The notes: a model not told the origin generated them from the sequence alone. DNA of 64,000 nucleotides from an uncultured Actinomycetes bacterium (GCA_963701825.1 CAVPBG010000003.1:1072043-1136042), one strand, 5' to 3'. Shown: positions 10,815 to 20,849, counted from the stretch's first letter. Numbers and translations are program-made.

Positions 10815-11378
10815 TCAGCGATCGGGCAGTTCGAGGAAGCGGCGCGCGAGCTGCACGAGTTGGGCGCGCAGCGTCTCGTCGTCGAGGTCGGCAACCAACG
10901 GGTGCATGACGGCGCCGCCGATCGCGGCCGTGAGCATCGCGGCCGGAACCCGGGCGTCGGATCCGGCATCGTCGCCCACGAGTAGGCGGTAGAGCCGGTC
11001 CATCACGTTCCGGAACGGCTCGTAATGCGTGAAGAATCGCACGATCACCGGATCGCCGACGAGGGTGCTCTCCATGCGCCGGCGTTCGACCGCGAGATCG
11101 ACGATGCCGCCGATCAACACCTCCCGCGCCCGGGCCCGGTCCGGTTCGGCCTCGGCCGCTTCGACCGCCGCCTCGACCCGGGCCAACTCGCCCGCGGCGA
11201 CGGCCACGACGATCTCGTCCTTGGTGTTGAACTGGTGGTACACCGCGGCCTTGGTGACACCCACGGCGTCGGCGATCATCTGGAGCGAGGTGCCCCCGAC
11301 CCCGCGCTCCGTGAACAGGTCGCGGGCCGCGTCGATGATGCGCGCCTGGGCGGGGCTGTACGGCGCGGCGGTCGTCAT
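10815..11378 (-). CDS. TetR-family regulator
   Basis: HTH GTSLQMIADAVGVTKAAVYHQF. Confidence 0.92.
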   Translation of the reverse strand: MTTAAPYSPAQARIIDAARDLFTERGVGGTSLQMIADAVGVTKAAVYHQFNTKDEIVVAVAAGELARVEAAVEAAEAEPDRARAREVLIGGIVDLAVERRRMESTLVGDPVIVRFFTHYEPFRNVMDRLYRLLVGDDAGSDARVPAAMLTAAIGGAVMHPLVADLDDETLRAQLVQLARRFLELPDR

Positions 11379-11409
11379 GGGCCGAAGGTAGTCGCCACCC
11401 GCGCCGTCC

Positions 11410-11457
11410 TAGCCGATCGACTACTGACCAGCTACGCTCTCGCTAGTCGATCGGCTA
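11410..11457. promoter_or_regulatory. Two 14-bp near-palindromic candidate TetR operators
   Basis: tagccgatcgacta (11410-11423) and its exact reverse complement tagtcgatcggcta (11444-11457) between tetR and the divergent gene. Confidence 0.65.
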
Positions 11458-11472
11458 TCCAGGGGGACGCAC

Positions 11473-12597
11473 GTGTCAGAACCGACGAACGACCAGCTCG
11501 ACGAGTTCCTGGAGATCCGCAAGCCCGGCGCCCACCTCGAAGAGGGCGTCGTCGCCGACGACTTCGTGCTGATGCTCGGCGTCGACCTCGTCAACTTCCC
11601 CAAGTTCCCCCGGGTCGACGACGGGGTGACGTATCCCCGAGCCGGCCTCGACATCCGCCAGGAGCTCGACGTCGACTCGGGCGCCGACCTCGCCGACTAC
11701 AGCGGTCCGTATCGCGCCGATCTGCGCTTCACCGACTTCTCGCGGGAGGCGCTCGCGACGAAGTTCCTCCCGTGGAGCGAGGCGTACATGCAGTTGTGCG
11801 TCGACGGCTGGGCCGCGGAAGTGGCCAAGCGTTACGGCGCGGCGGAGGCGGCCGAGATCGAGTGGGCGGCGTGGAACGACCAGATCGTGCCCGAGCTCGA
11901 ACGTATGCGCAACGAGTTCCTGCCCGCGGGCACCGCGTACCACGACCCGAACCATGCGGTGGCCGCCGACGATCGCGCCACGACGCGCGTCGTCTACACC
12001 GGACTGTTCTCGCCGCGCGCCGACGCGATCGATCTCTCCAAGGAACAGTTGGTCACCTGGTTCCTCGGAACGCACGAGTACCTGCTGCAGTGCATCGAGG
12101 CGTGGGCCGCGCAAATCGTCGTTCGCCACGGGCTCGACACGATGTTCGACATCCAGTTCCAGCTCTGGGGCGACGTCGTTCTCCCGGGCGTGAAGAAGCT
12201 GAAGGCCGAGTACCTCGGCATCTCCGGCAACACCGTCGAAGATTGGATGAAGGACCTCCAACTCGACGCGACCGCGTTACCGGGCAAGGCGTTCGACCTC
12301 TCCTTCGAGATGCCGGAGCCCGAAGTCGGCATCATGACGTTCAATCGCTGTGTCGCCGTCGATCAGTGGGAAGGGATGGGCCGGCCCGACATCCTCGAAA
12401 AGAACTGCCACTCGACGTGTCCGAAGTCGATGATCGTCACGACCAAGATGTACAACCCGAACATGAAGGTCGACATCCTCGCGATCCCGCCCCGCGTCGA
12501 TCCCGGCAACGTGTGTTGCAAGTGGCGCTTCAGCATGCGCGACGAGAACGACCCGGAATACGTCCCGCTCGAGCTCGGGGAAAAGCCCGTCGACTGA
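11473..12597 (+). CDS. Hypothetical protein with internal duplication and Cys-rich C-terminus
   Basis: 374-aa ORF with normal codon bias and upstream RBS; C-terminal CVAV...CHSTCP...CCKW. Confidence 0.8.
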   Translation: MSEPTNDQLDEFLEIRKPGAHLEEGVVADDFVLMLGVDLVNFPKFPRVDDGVTYPRAGLDIRQELDVDSGADLADYSGPYRADLRFTDFSREALATKFLPWSEAYMQLCVDGWAAEVAKRYGAAEAAEIEWAAWNDQIVPELERMRNEFLPAGTAYHDPNHAVAADDRATTRVVYTGLFSPRADAIDLSKEQLVTWFLGTHEYLLQCIEAWAAQIVVRHGLDTMFDIQFQLWGDVVLPGVKKLKAEYLGISGNTVEDWMKDLQLDATALPGKAFDLSFEMPEPEVGIMTFNRCVAVDQWEGMGRPDILEKNCHSTCPKSMIVTTKMYNPNMKVDILAIPPRVDPGNVCCKWRFSMRDENDPEYVPLELGEKPVD

Positions 12598-12607
12598 GAG
12601 GCTTCGG

Positions 12608-13378
12608 TCAGCGGCCGAGGAAACGGTCGACGTTGGCCCGGAGGTCGGGCGTGTCGAACGACTCGCTCTCGGACGCCATCGCGAAGTCGATCGTCGCGAG
12701 CACGGAGCGCTCGACGTGCAGGTTCAGCACCCGCTTCGTCGCCTCCACCGCTTGGCGGGGCAACGCCGCGATCTTCTTCGCGGTCGCGAGCGCGGCCGCG
12801 AGCACTTCGTCGTCGGGGCACACGTGATTCGCGAGTCCGATCTCGGCCGCGCGCGGCGCGGAGATGCGATCGCCGGTGAACGCGTACTCCTTGGCGAGCA
12901 ACAGGCTCGTGTGCAACGGCCACGTGAGCGGTCCGCCGTCGGCCGCGACGAGACCGACCATCACGTGCGGGTCCGACAGGTACGCCGATTCCGCCATGTA
13001 GACGACGTCGGAGAGCGCGATCACGCTGCAGCCGAGGCCCACCGCGGGCCCGTTGACCGCCGCGATCACGGGCACTCGACACCGGATCATGTTGAGCACG
13101 AGCTCGCGCCCTTCGGCGATCACGTTGCGGCGCAGCACGCGGTCGTTCGCCATGCGGTCGAGCAGGTCGAAGTCACCGCCCGCGGAGAAGGCACGGCCCG
13201 CGCCGGTGATCACCGCGACGCGCGCGTCGTCGTCGGCACTGAGTTGCGGGAAGAGTTGCGTCAAGCCGAGGTGCAACTCCTCGTTGATCGCGTTCAACTG
13301 TTCCGGCCGCGAGAGGGTGACGATGCGGATCGGCCCGTCGCTTTCGACGCGGACCGCGTCGGGGAGCTCGTACTTCAC
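12608..13378 (-). CDS. Enoyl-CoA hydratase/isomerase family
   Basis: AFSAGGD, PVIAAVNGPAVGLG. Confidence 0.9.
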   Translation of the reverse strand: MKYELPDAVRVESDGPIRIVTLSRPEQLNAINEELHLGLTQLFPQLSADDDARVAVITGAGRAFSAGGDFDLLDRMANDRVLRRNVIAEGRELVLNMIRCRVPVIAAVNGPAVGLGCSVIALSDVVYMAESAYLSDPHVMVGLVAADGGPLTWPLHTSLLLAKEYAFTGDRISAPRAAEIGLANHVCPDDEVLAAALATAKKIAALPRQAVEATKRVLNLHVERSVLATIDFAMASESESFDTPDLRANVDRFLGR

Positions 13379-13409
13379 TGGTACTCCTCTATCACTGGGT
13401 CGGGAGGTG

Positions 13410-14543
13410 TCACTGCGTCGGCAGGCCGAGAATGCGCGTGGCGACGATGTTCTTCTGAATCTGTGACGTTCCACCCATGACACTCTGGGCGCGGCTGTAC
13501 AGATAGGTCTTGAGCGCGACATCGTCAGGATCGACGACGGCCTGTGCGCCTGACACCGCAAGGGCCGCGGCGCCGACCGACTGCTCGACCCACGTCATGA
13601 GCAGCTTGTCGATCGAGCCCCCGGGGCCGTGGTCGACGCCGTCGAGGCGCTCCGACAGGCGGCGGCGCACGTGCAGGCGCAGCATCTCGGTCTGCACATG
13701 CGCCCACGCGACCGCGTCGCGCTGGTCGGCGCGGAACGCGCTCGGGTCGGCACGCACGATCTGTTCGAGTTGGGCGACGGTCTTCGCGTAGCGGGCGACG
13801 TAGCCGAGCTCTCCCGGTTCGCGCTCGTGACTCACGATGGTCATCGCGACGCGCCAACCTTCGCCCGGTTCGCCGATCATGTTCGCGGCGGGAACGCGCG
13901 CGTGGTCGAAGAGCACCTGGCCGAACTCGGTCGTGATGCCGTTGATCATGCGCAGCGGGCGTTGCTCGATGCCCGGTTGACGCATCGGCACTGCGAACGC
14001 CGACAGTCCCTTGTGCTTGGCGACGTCGGGATCGGTGCGCGCGAGCAGCAGGCACCACTCGGCCACGTCGGAGTAGCTGGTCCAGATCTTGTGGCCGTCG
14101 ATCACGTACTCGTCACCATCACGGGTCGCGGTGGTGCGCAGCGCGGCGAGATCGGAACCGGCGTCGGGTTCGCTGAACCCCTGACACCAGCGGTCGCGCC
14201 CACTGATCAGACCGGGCAGGAAGCGGTCCTTAATCGCTTCACTCCCGTGCTCGCCGATGCCCACGACGAGGTAGCCCAGGCTCGGGCGCGGCGGCGCACC
14301 GGCCGCCGCGAGCTCGTCGTCGAGAATCACGTCGAAGACGCTAGGCAGGTCGTGCCCGCCGTAGCGCGCCGACCAGCTCAGACCGAAGAACCCCGCGTCG
14401 TAGAGCGCGGTGTGCCACGCAGCCTGGCCCGCCCAGTACTCGTCGTCGGTCGACGAGCTCGGCAGGCCCGGGTTGTTGTCGACGAGCCACTCGCGGAGCC
14501 GGGCGCGGAACTCAACCTCCGCGGGCGAGTCACGAAAGTCCAC
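13410..14543 (-). CDS. Acyl-CoA dehydrogenase
   Basis: WCQGFSEPDAGSDL, GHKIWTS, MGGTSQIQKNI. Confidence 0.92.
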   Translation of the reverse strand: MDFRDSPAEVEFRARLREWLVDNNPGLPSSSTDDEYWAGQAAWHTALYDAGFFGLSWSARYGGHDLPSVFDVILDDELAAAGAPPRPSLGYLVVGIGEHGSEAIKDRFLPGLISGRDRWCQGFSEPDAGSDLAALRTTATRDGDEYVIDGHKIWTSYSDVAEWCLLLARTDPDVAKHKGLSAFAVPMRQPGIEQRPLRMINGITTEFGQVLFDHARVPAANMIGEPGEGWRVAMTIVSHEREPGELGYVARYAKTVAQLEQIVRADPSAFRADQRDAVAWAHVQTEMLRLHVRRRLSERLDGVDHGPGGSIDKLLMTWVEQSVGAAALAVSGAQAVVDPDDVALKTYLYSRAQSVMGGTSQIQKNIVATRILGLPTQ

Positions 14544-15573
14544 TACCCACCCCGAGTCGTTCCCGTTGCAACGCGAGCAGTTGGTCACCATCGTCGCCGA
14601 ACCACTGCGCGGAGAGCAACGCGCGCCGCAGATACACATGCACGATGCACTCCCACGTGTTGCCGATGCCCCCGTGCACCTGCACCGCGGTCTCGCACAC
14701 CGTGCGCGCCGCGCGCGCGCAGTACGCCTTGGCCACCTGCGCGGCCGCGAGCGCGTCGGCGGGCGCGAGATCGTCGACCGCCCAGGCCGCGTGCAGCGCA
14801 ACGCTGAGCGAGCCCTCCATCAGGCAGCGCGCTTCGGCGAGCAGATGTTGCACCGCTTGGAACGAACCGACCGGCACGCCGTACTGCCGGCGATCGGCCG
14901 CGTACACCACAGTGACGTCGAGCACGCCGCGCATGACGCCGACGAGATCGGCGCTCGTGAGCGCGAGGCCGAGCGCGGTCCACGCCGCGAGGTCGTCGTC
15001 GGTGAGGAGCCGGGGCGTGGGGATCGGTACGACGGCGGCCGCGGTCACCGGCCGCACGACCCGCGTGAGGTCCGCGCCGGTTGCGGCATGGTCGGCGTCG
15101 ACCCGAACCTGGGCGAGGTGATAGCCGGCGCCTTCCGGGACGAGCACCAGGACGTGGTCGAGGTTGTCGAGATCGGGATCGACCGCGAACACGAGCGCGG
15201 GGCTCACCGCGTCGCGGACGACGGCCGGCCCGCGCAGGTCGGACGCGAACGCAACCACCGCGCCGACCGGCGCACTCACGCCCGCACGCCGGGCGAGATC
15301 GGCCGCCAGGATCGGTCCGGTGAACGCAACGTCGGCGACCGCGCCGCCCAGCGCGTCGGCCACGATCCCGACTTCCACCCCACCACCGAGCGGTCCGCCG
15401 TCGTCGGCCTCGTCCCGCAGTTCGAGCCAACCCGCGTCGCGCACCGCCGCGCCGAGCCGTCGAGCCCGCGGCGCGTCGTCGAGATCGGCCACCGTCGCCG
15501 GACCGAGCCCGTGCGCGAGCCGCCCCGCCGTACTCCGCAGCTCGGCCTGTTCGGGCGTGTCCCGCGTATCCAC
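14530..15573 (-). CDS. Acyl-CoA dehydrogenase partner subunit
   Basis: RRQYGVPVGSFQAVQH, QVHGGIGNTWE; degenerate N-terminus. Confidence 0.87.
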   Translation of the reverse strand: MDTRDTPEQAELRSTAGRLAHGLGPATVADLDDAPRARRLGAAVRDAGWLELRDEADDGGPLGGGVEVGIVADALGGAVADVAFTGPILAADLARRAGVSAPVGAVVAFASDLRGPAVVRDAVSPALVFAVDPDLDNLDHVLVLVPEGAGYHLAQVRVDADHAATGADLTRVVRPVTAAAVVPIPTPRLLTDDDLAAWTALGLALTSADLVGVMRGVLDVTVVYAADRRQYGVPVGSFQAVQHLLAEARCLMEGSLSVALHAAWAVDDLAPADALAAAQVAKAYCARAARTVCETAVQVHGGIGNTWECIVHVYLRRALLSAQWFGDDGDQLLALQRERLGVGSGLS

Positions 15574-15578
15574 GACTC

Positions 15579-15615
15579 GGAAACGTAGTTATCGTTTGAC
15601 GAGAAGGCAATACTC
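15579..15615. promoter_or_regulatory. Tandem 15-bp GAGAA-N5-TTCTC-like candidate operators
   Basis: ggaaacgtagttatc (15579) and gagaaggcaatactc (15601), 22-bp period. Confidence 0.55.
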
Positions 15616-15668
15616 GCGCACCCCACCCCTCGTACCGGCGTGAGCGGGGCGCCGATATGGCGCCTCGG

Positions 15669-16955
15669 TCACGCCGGTACTCGCGAGGCGGGGGTGAACT
15701 CGATGTGCAGGGAGTGGAGGCCGCGCAGGACCCAGGTGGGTTCGTAGTCGAAGTGGCGATCGCCTTCGGGGCCGTGGTGCTCCTCGGAGAGCCGGATGTC
15801 GGCCATCCGGTCGAGGATGCGCTCCAGGCTGATCCGGGCCTCGGCCCGCGCCAGCGGACCACCCGGGCACGAGTGCACGCCGCGGCCGAAGGCGATGTGC
15901 TCCCGACCGTTCGAACGGTCGAGCCGGAACTCCTCCGGACACTCGAAGCGGCGCGGATCGCGGTTCGCGGCGCCGTTCAACAACACGACCGGCGTCCCCG
16001 GCGCGATGTCGACACCGCCGACCGTCGTGGCCCGCTTGGCCAACCGGAAGTCGGCCTTCACCGGGCTCTCGAGGCGCAGCGCCTCTTCGATGAACGCGGG
16101 GATGAGATCGTGATTGGCGCGCAACTCGTCTTGCAGCGCGGCGTTTTCCGAGAGGTACTTGAGCGCGGTGGCGAGCAGGCGCGCGGTCGTCTCCTGACCG
16201 GCGGCGAACAGGAACGTCGCGGTGCGCACGACCGCAGTGACGTCCGGGGTCGAGCCGTCGGGATACTTGGCGAGCGCGAGGTCGGTCAGCACGTCGCCGC
16301 GTGGTTCGCGCCGGCGATCCTCGATGTAGTCGGCGAAGTAATCGTCGAGCCAGCCCAGCGCGTTCATCGCCATGTCGCTCTGGTCGTCGCCGAGCGCGCC
16401 CGGATTCCCGCTGAGACCGAAGCCGGTCCGGAACCGTTCGTGTTCGTCTTCGGGCACACCGAGCAGGTCGGCGACCACGAGCATCGCGAACGGCTGCGCG
16501 TACGCAGCGATGAACTCGCACGGCCCTTTGGCGATCACCTCGTCGATCTGCCGATCGGCGAGGCGCCACATGAATTCTTCGTTCTCCTGCAGGCGCTTCG
16601 GCGTGATCAACCGCATGAGCAGCGCCCGTTCGCGCGTGTGATCGGGCGGGTCCATGGTGACCATGTGCTCGTTCATCGGAAGCTGATCGCGGTACTCGGC
16701 GATGATGCCGCCGATGTCGTCGCCCTCGAGCGGGACCGGGAAGGCGGCGAACGGACCGATGACGGAGTTGCACGACGAGAAGGTGTCGACGTCGCGGTAC
16801 ACGTCGGTGGCCTCGTCCCAGCCCGAGATCGCGACCACACCGTGGTGCGGCAACGGGGTGACCGGGCACTTGGAACGCAAGAACTCGAAGTACGCGTACG
16901 GATCCTCCAACAACGACACGTCGGAGAAGAAGTCGGCCTGTTCGTAATCAGTCAT
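15669..16955 (-). CDS. Cytochrome P450 (CYP150-like)
   Basis: AGQETT, EEALRLESP, FGRGVHSCPG. Confidence 0.93.
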   Translation of the reverse strand: MTDYEQADFFSDVSLLEDPYAYFEFLRSKCPVTPLPHHGVVAISGWDEATDVYRDVDTFSSCNSVIGPFAAFPVPLEGDDIGGIIAEYRDQLPMNEHMVTMDPPDHTRERALLMRLITPKRLQENEEFMWRLADRQIDEVIAKGPCEFIAAYAQPFAMLVVADLLGVPEDEHERFRTGFGLSGNPGALGDDQSDMAMNALGWLDDYFADYIEDRRREPRGDVLTDLALAKYPDGSTPDVTAVVRTATFLFAAGQETTARLLATALKYLSENAALQDELRANHDLIPAFIEEALRLESPVKADFRLAKRATTVGGVDIAPGTPVVLLNGAANRDPRRFECPEEFRLDRSNGREHIAFGRGVHSCPGGPLARAEARISLERILDRMADIRLSEEHHGPEGDRHFDYEPTWVLRGLHSLHIEFTPASRVPA

Positions 16956-16986
16956 TTGCTGCTCCCGCGATCATGTTCTCGCACGG

Positions 16987-17727
16987 TCAGATGTACATCC
17001 CGCCGTTCACACCGATGACCTGCCCGGTGATGTAGCTGCCGCCGTCGGAACAGAGAAACACGCACATCGCGGCGATGTCTTCGGGCGTTCCCGCCCGTCC
17101 GAGCGGCACCATCGCGGCCATCGCGTCGACGCTGACGAGCCCGCGCGCTTCCGCGTCGCGCGCCATCGGCGTGTCGACGAGCGTCGGCGGGATGCTGTTC
17201 ACCGTGATGCCGTTGCCGGCGAGCTCCCGCGCCAAGGCCTTCGTGAGCCCGAGCACGCCGCCCTTCGACGCGGAGTAGTGCGCCATGTACGGCGCGCCCG
17301 ACTGTGCGCTCGACGACGAGATCGTGACGATCCGCCCCCAGCTCGCGGCGATCATGTCGGGGAGCGCGGCCTGGATGCACGCGAACGTGCCGGTGAGGTT
17401 GATCCCGATGATCCGGGCCCAGATCTCCGGCGTGATGGTCGGGGCCGCGTCGAACGACTCGATGCCCGCACTCGTGACGATTGCGGCCACCGGTCCGAGC
17501 TCGGCCCGCACCCGCGCGAAGGCGGCGGTCACCGCGTCCCAGTCGGCCACGTCGACCTCGACCGCGAGGGCGGTCGCACCTTGGTTCCGCAGCTCGGCCG
17601 CGGCGCGTTCGGCGGCCTCCCCGTTCCGGTCGAGCAGCGCGACCAGATCGTCCTGCGCGGCGAACGCCCGGGCGACACCGAGCCCGATCCCCGACGCCGC
17701 CCCCGTCACAACCACAACTCGACCCAC
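16987..17727 (-). CDS. SDR oxidoreductase
   Basis: TGAASGIG, YSASK, VNGG; paralog of 26849-27592. Confidence 0.9.
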   Translation of the reverse strand: MGRVVVVTGAASGIGLGVARAFAAQDDLVALLDRNGEAAERAAAELRNQGATALAVEVDVADWDAVTAAFARVRAELGPVAAIVTSAGIESFDAAPTITPEIWARIIGINLTGTFACIQAALPDMIAASWGRIVTISSSSAQSGAPYMAHYSASKGGVLGLTKALARELAGNGITVNSIPPTLVDTPMARDAEARGLVSVDAMAAMVPLGRAGTPEDIAAMCVFLCSDGGSYITGQVIGVNGGMYI

Positions 17728-17759
17728 GCGCCGTCCCCTCATTCGCCCAGGAATTGCGA

Positions 17760-17779
17760 TGCTGAGCACTTGCACAGCA
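17760..17779. promoter_or_regulatory. 20-bp palindrome, candidate TetR operator
   Basis: tgctgagca-ct-tgcacagca (8 of 9 arm positions match) between divergent SDR and tetR. Confidence 0.55.
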
Positions 17780-17849
17780 TTGTCGGGTCGATGTCTAGTG
17801 CGGCCCCACGCCAGCTGGCAAGGTGGGATGTGCCTCGCAGGAGAACGAT

Positions 17850-18437
17850 GTGACGGGAGCACGGCGGCTCGGTGCGACCGACTCGAAATCCCGGTTGCTC
17901 CTGCTCGACGCGACCGAGCAGCTGATGCTCCGCGAGGGCTATGCCGCGGTCACGTCCCGGCGCGTCGCGGCCGAGGCCGGCATCAAACCGCAGCTCGTGC
18001 ACTACTACTTCCGCACGATGGACGACCTCTTCTTGGAGGTCTTCCGCCGCCGGGCGGTCGCGTCGATCGAGTTCTTCGGCGCCGCCCTCGAAGCCGATCC
18101 CAGCCTGCGGACCATCTGGCAGTTCGCCACCGACCTCGGCGGCGCGGCGTTCAACATCGAGTTCGTCGCGCTCGCGAACCATCGCAAGATGATCCGCGAC
18201 GAGATCGCGCGCTTCGCCCGTCAGTTCCGCCAGATGCAGCTCGATGCGATCGCGGAAATTCTCCGCGGTCGTGGCATCTCCCCCGAGACGTTCCCGCCCG
18301 TCGTCGCGTTGTTGGCGATGACGGGCGTGAGTCAGGTGATGGCGCTCGAGGCCGCGCTCGGCGTGACCGACGGTCACGCGGAGATGATGGAGTTCGTCGA
18401 CCGCTGGATCGACAACGCGAACGATCAGCCCGCGTAA
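17850..18437 (+). CDS. TetR-family regulator
   Basis: HTH VTSRRVAAEAGIKPQLVHYYF. Confidence 0.92.
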   Translation: MTGARRLGATDSKSRLLLLDATEQLMLREGYAAVTSRRVAAEAGIKPQLVHYYFRTMDDLFLEVFRRRAVASIEFFGAALEADPSLRTIWQFATDLGGAAFNIEFVALANHRKMIRDEIARFARQFRQMQLDAIAEILRGRGISPETFPPVVALLAMTGVSQVMALEAALGVTDGHAEMMEFVDRWIDNANDQPA

Positions 18438-19690
18438 GCGCCGACGCCGAGGGCCTTCTCGAGCGCGCCGCCCATGATGAGCGCCTGTTGGTCGAGCGGA
18501 AGATCTTGCACGACCTCCGAATACGACAGCGGGTCGCCCATGCCTTCGGGGTGCGGGAAGTCGGATCCGAACAGGATGTGATCGACGGGGATGCCGAGAT
18601 CGATCAGGCCGCGGGGGTCGGGTTCGTGGAACGCGTGGACCCACACGTTGCGGTTGAAGACCTCGACCGGGTTCTCGTCGAACATCTCGGGCGCGTCGGC
18701 CCACGTGCGCTGCAGCTTCTCGTAGAACGGGCGGATCCACGCGGTCGAGTATTCGACGGGCATGAACTTGAGCTCGGGGAAACGCGTCGCGAGACCGTGC
18801 CCGATGATGGAGGCCAGCGCGTCGACGAGGTTGTCCTTCTCCGACGAGAGCGTCACGAACGCGGGACTCGATCGGCGGGCGTGACGCGAGATGATGTTGT
18901 ACTCGCGGTCGCCGAAACCTTCCCACTCGTTGAGATAGCGCGTGTAACCGGGATCACCGGAGTGCATGCCGACGACGAGCCCGAGCTCGCGTACCCGCGT
19001 CCAGAACGGGTCGAACTCCGGCAGCGCGAACGACTTGCGGCCCTTCCAGGTCGGGACGGGCGCGACGCGGATCAGGAAGAGCCTGGCCCCGCGTTCCGCG
19101 ATGTACTCCAGCTCCTCCAGCGCGCGCTCCAGCACGGCGAGCGAGATGATCGGCGACGCGTAGATCGCGTCGTCGTATACGAACGTCCAGTGTTCGTGCA
19201 TCCACTGGTTCAACGCGTGGATCACCGCGCACACCGCGTCGGGATCGTCCGCGAGGCGCTCTTCGAGCGCGCTCGCGAGTGTCGGCCACAGCAGCGTGCG
19301 GTCGATCCCCATCTCCCGCATCAGTTCGAGCCGGGGCGCGGGATCGAAGAACGCGTCGATGCTCGGCATGGCGAGCATCTTCTTGGTGAAGCCGCCGGCG
19401 GCGACGCTCGGAAGGCCGCCTCCACCCTGGGTCACGTCGAAGCCCGCGCCCCCGGGCACCGCGACCTTCGAGAACGTGGGGTTCGGGATGTAGTCGGTGA
19501 TCTTGTCGCGCAGGGCCAACTTCGTGCGCCCACCGACCTCGACGTACTTCACGACCCCTTCGTATTCGGGCGGAAGGAATTTCGTCAGCGCCTCGGCGGT
19601 CTCGTAGAGGTGGTTGTCGGCGTCGAACGTGGAATACGGCAACTCGCGCCGTACGAACTGGATGTACTGCTCGCCATCCGGGTTGCTCAT
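18425..19690 (-). CDS. Amidohydrolase_2-family protein
   Basis: FDADNH, MHSGD, FGSDFPHPEG. Confidence 0.9.
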   Translation of the reverse strand: MSNPDGEQYIQFVRRELPYSTFDADNHLYETAEALTKFLPPEYEGVVKYVEVGGRTKLALRDKITDYIPNPTFSKVAVPGGAGFDVTQGGGGLPSVAAGGFTKKMLAMPSIDAFFDPAPRLELMREMGIDRTLLWPTLASALEERLADDPDAVCAVIHALNQWMHEHWTFVYDDAIYASPIISLAVLERALEELEYIAERGARLFLIRVAPVPTWKGRKSFALPEFDPFWTRVRELGLVVGMHSGDPGYTRYLNEWEGFGDREYNIISRHARRSSPAFVTLSSEKDNLVDALASIIGHGLATRFPELKFMPVEYSTAWIRPFYEKLQRTWADAPEMFDENPVEVFNRNVWVHAFHEPDPRGLIDLGIPVDHILFGSDFPHPEGMGDPLSYSEVVQDLPLDQQALIMGGALEKALGVGAYAG

Positions 19691-19703
19691 GAGTCGTCTC
19701 CGC

Positions 19704-20849
19704 TCACACCGAAAGAATCGACACGCCGGCGGTACCGGGTGCGCCGTAGAGCTGCGTGTACCCGACCTTCGGGTTCCCGGGAACTTGACGGTCGCCGGCC
19801 TGCCCGCGCAGTTGCAGCACGATCTCGTGCACCTGCCGCAACCCCGACGCGCCGATGGGTTCGCCGTTCGCGATCAGCCCGCCGTCGGTGTTGACCGGGA
19901 GCGCGCCCCCGATCTCCAGAGCACCGTCGGCGACCAACGCTTCCTGGTCGCCGTCGGCGCAGAACCCGTTCTCGGCCAGGTGGATGATCTCCGCACCCGC
20001 GTCGGTGTCTTGGAGTTGGATCACGTCGACGTCTTCCGGACCGATGCCGGCCATCTCGTACGCGATGCGCGATGCGTCGACCGTGGCCCCGACGGTCTCT
20101 TCGATCGGCAACCAGGGGCTGTGCACTTCGAACGCGCCCAGGCGGCGCGTGCGCACGGTGGCGGCCCGAAGATAGATCGGCGTGTCGGTGTAACGGTGCG
20201 CGTGCTCGGCATCGCACAGCACGACCGCGGCCGCACCCTCGTCGGGGCTGCAGAACATGTACTGCGTAAGCGGATAGTTGAGGTAGGGCGATGCGAGGAT
20301 CTCCTCCTCCGACAGCGCCTTGCGCCGGAACGCGTTCGGGTTCAACACCCCGTTGCGGTAGTTCTTGGCCGCGACCCGCGCCAGCGTCTGCTGCGAGATC
20401 CCGTAGTCGTTCATGTACTTGTTGATCTTCATGCCGAAGAACTTCGTCGTCATGAACTGACCGAGCTCGCCGTACCACGACGGGCACGCGTAGAGCCGCG
20501 GGTCGGCACTGAACGCGCCGGGCAGGTGCTTGTCCATCCCGATCGCGATGCCCAGCCCGTGCTCCCCGAGGCGGATCGTGTTGGCGGCGAGCGTGAGTGC
20601 GCTCGCCGCCGTTGCGCAGCCGTTGTACACGTCGGTGAACGGAATGCCGGTGAGGCCCATGAGCGCGACCACCGCGTCCGGGTTGTCGACCTCGTAGCTG
20701 CCCGCGAATGCAAATCCGATGTCGCGCCATTCGACCCGCGCATCGGCCAGCGCGCGGCGAATCGCGATGGCGCCCATCTCGATTGCCGTCACGTCGCCGA
20801 AGCGACCGAACGGGTGCAGACCTACACCGATGATCGCGACGTCTGTCAC
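19704..20849 (-). CDS. Thiolase-like (SCP2-type) protein
   Basis: YNGCATA, FCSPDEGAAA, NTDGGLIANGEPIGASG. Confidence 0.88.
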   Translation of the reverse strand: MTDVAIIGVGLHPFGRFGDVTAIEMGAIAIRRALADARVEWRDIGFAFAGSYEVDNPDAVVALMGLTGIPFTDVYNGCATAASALTLAANTIRLGEHGLGIAIGMDKHLPGAFSADPRLYACPSWYGELGQFMTTKFFGMKINKYMNDYGISQQTLARVAAKNYRNGVLNPNAFRRKALSEEEILASPYLNYPLTQYMFCSPDEGAAAVVLCDAEHAHRYTDTPIYLRAATVRTRRLGAFEVHSPWLPIEETVGATVDASRIAYEMAGIGPEDVDVIQLQDTDAGAEIIHLAENGFCADGDQEALVADGALEIGGALPVNTDGGLIANGEPIGASGLRQVHEIVLQLRGQAGDRQVPGNPKVGYTQLYGAPGTAGVSILSV

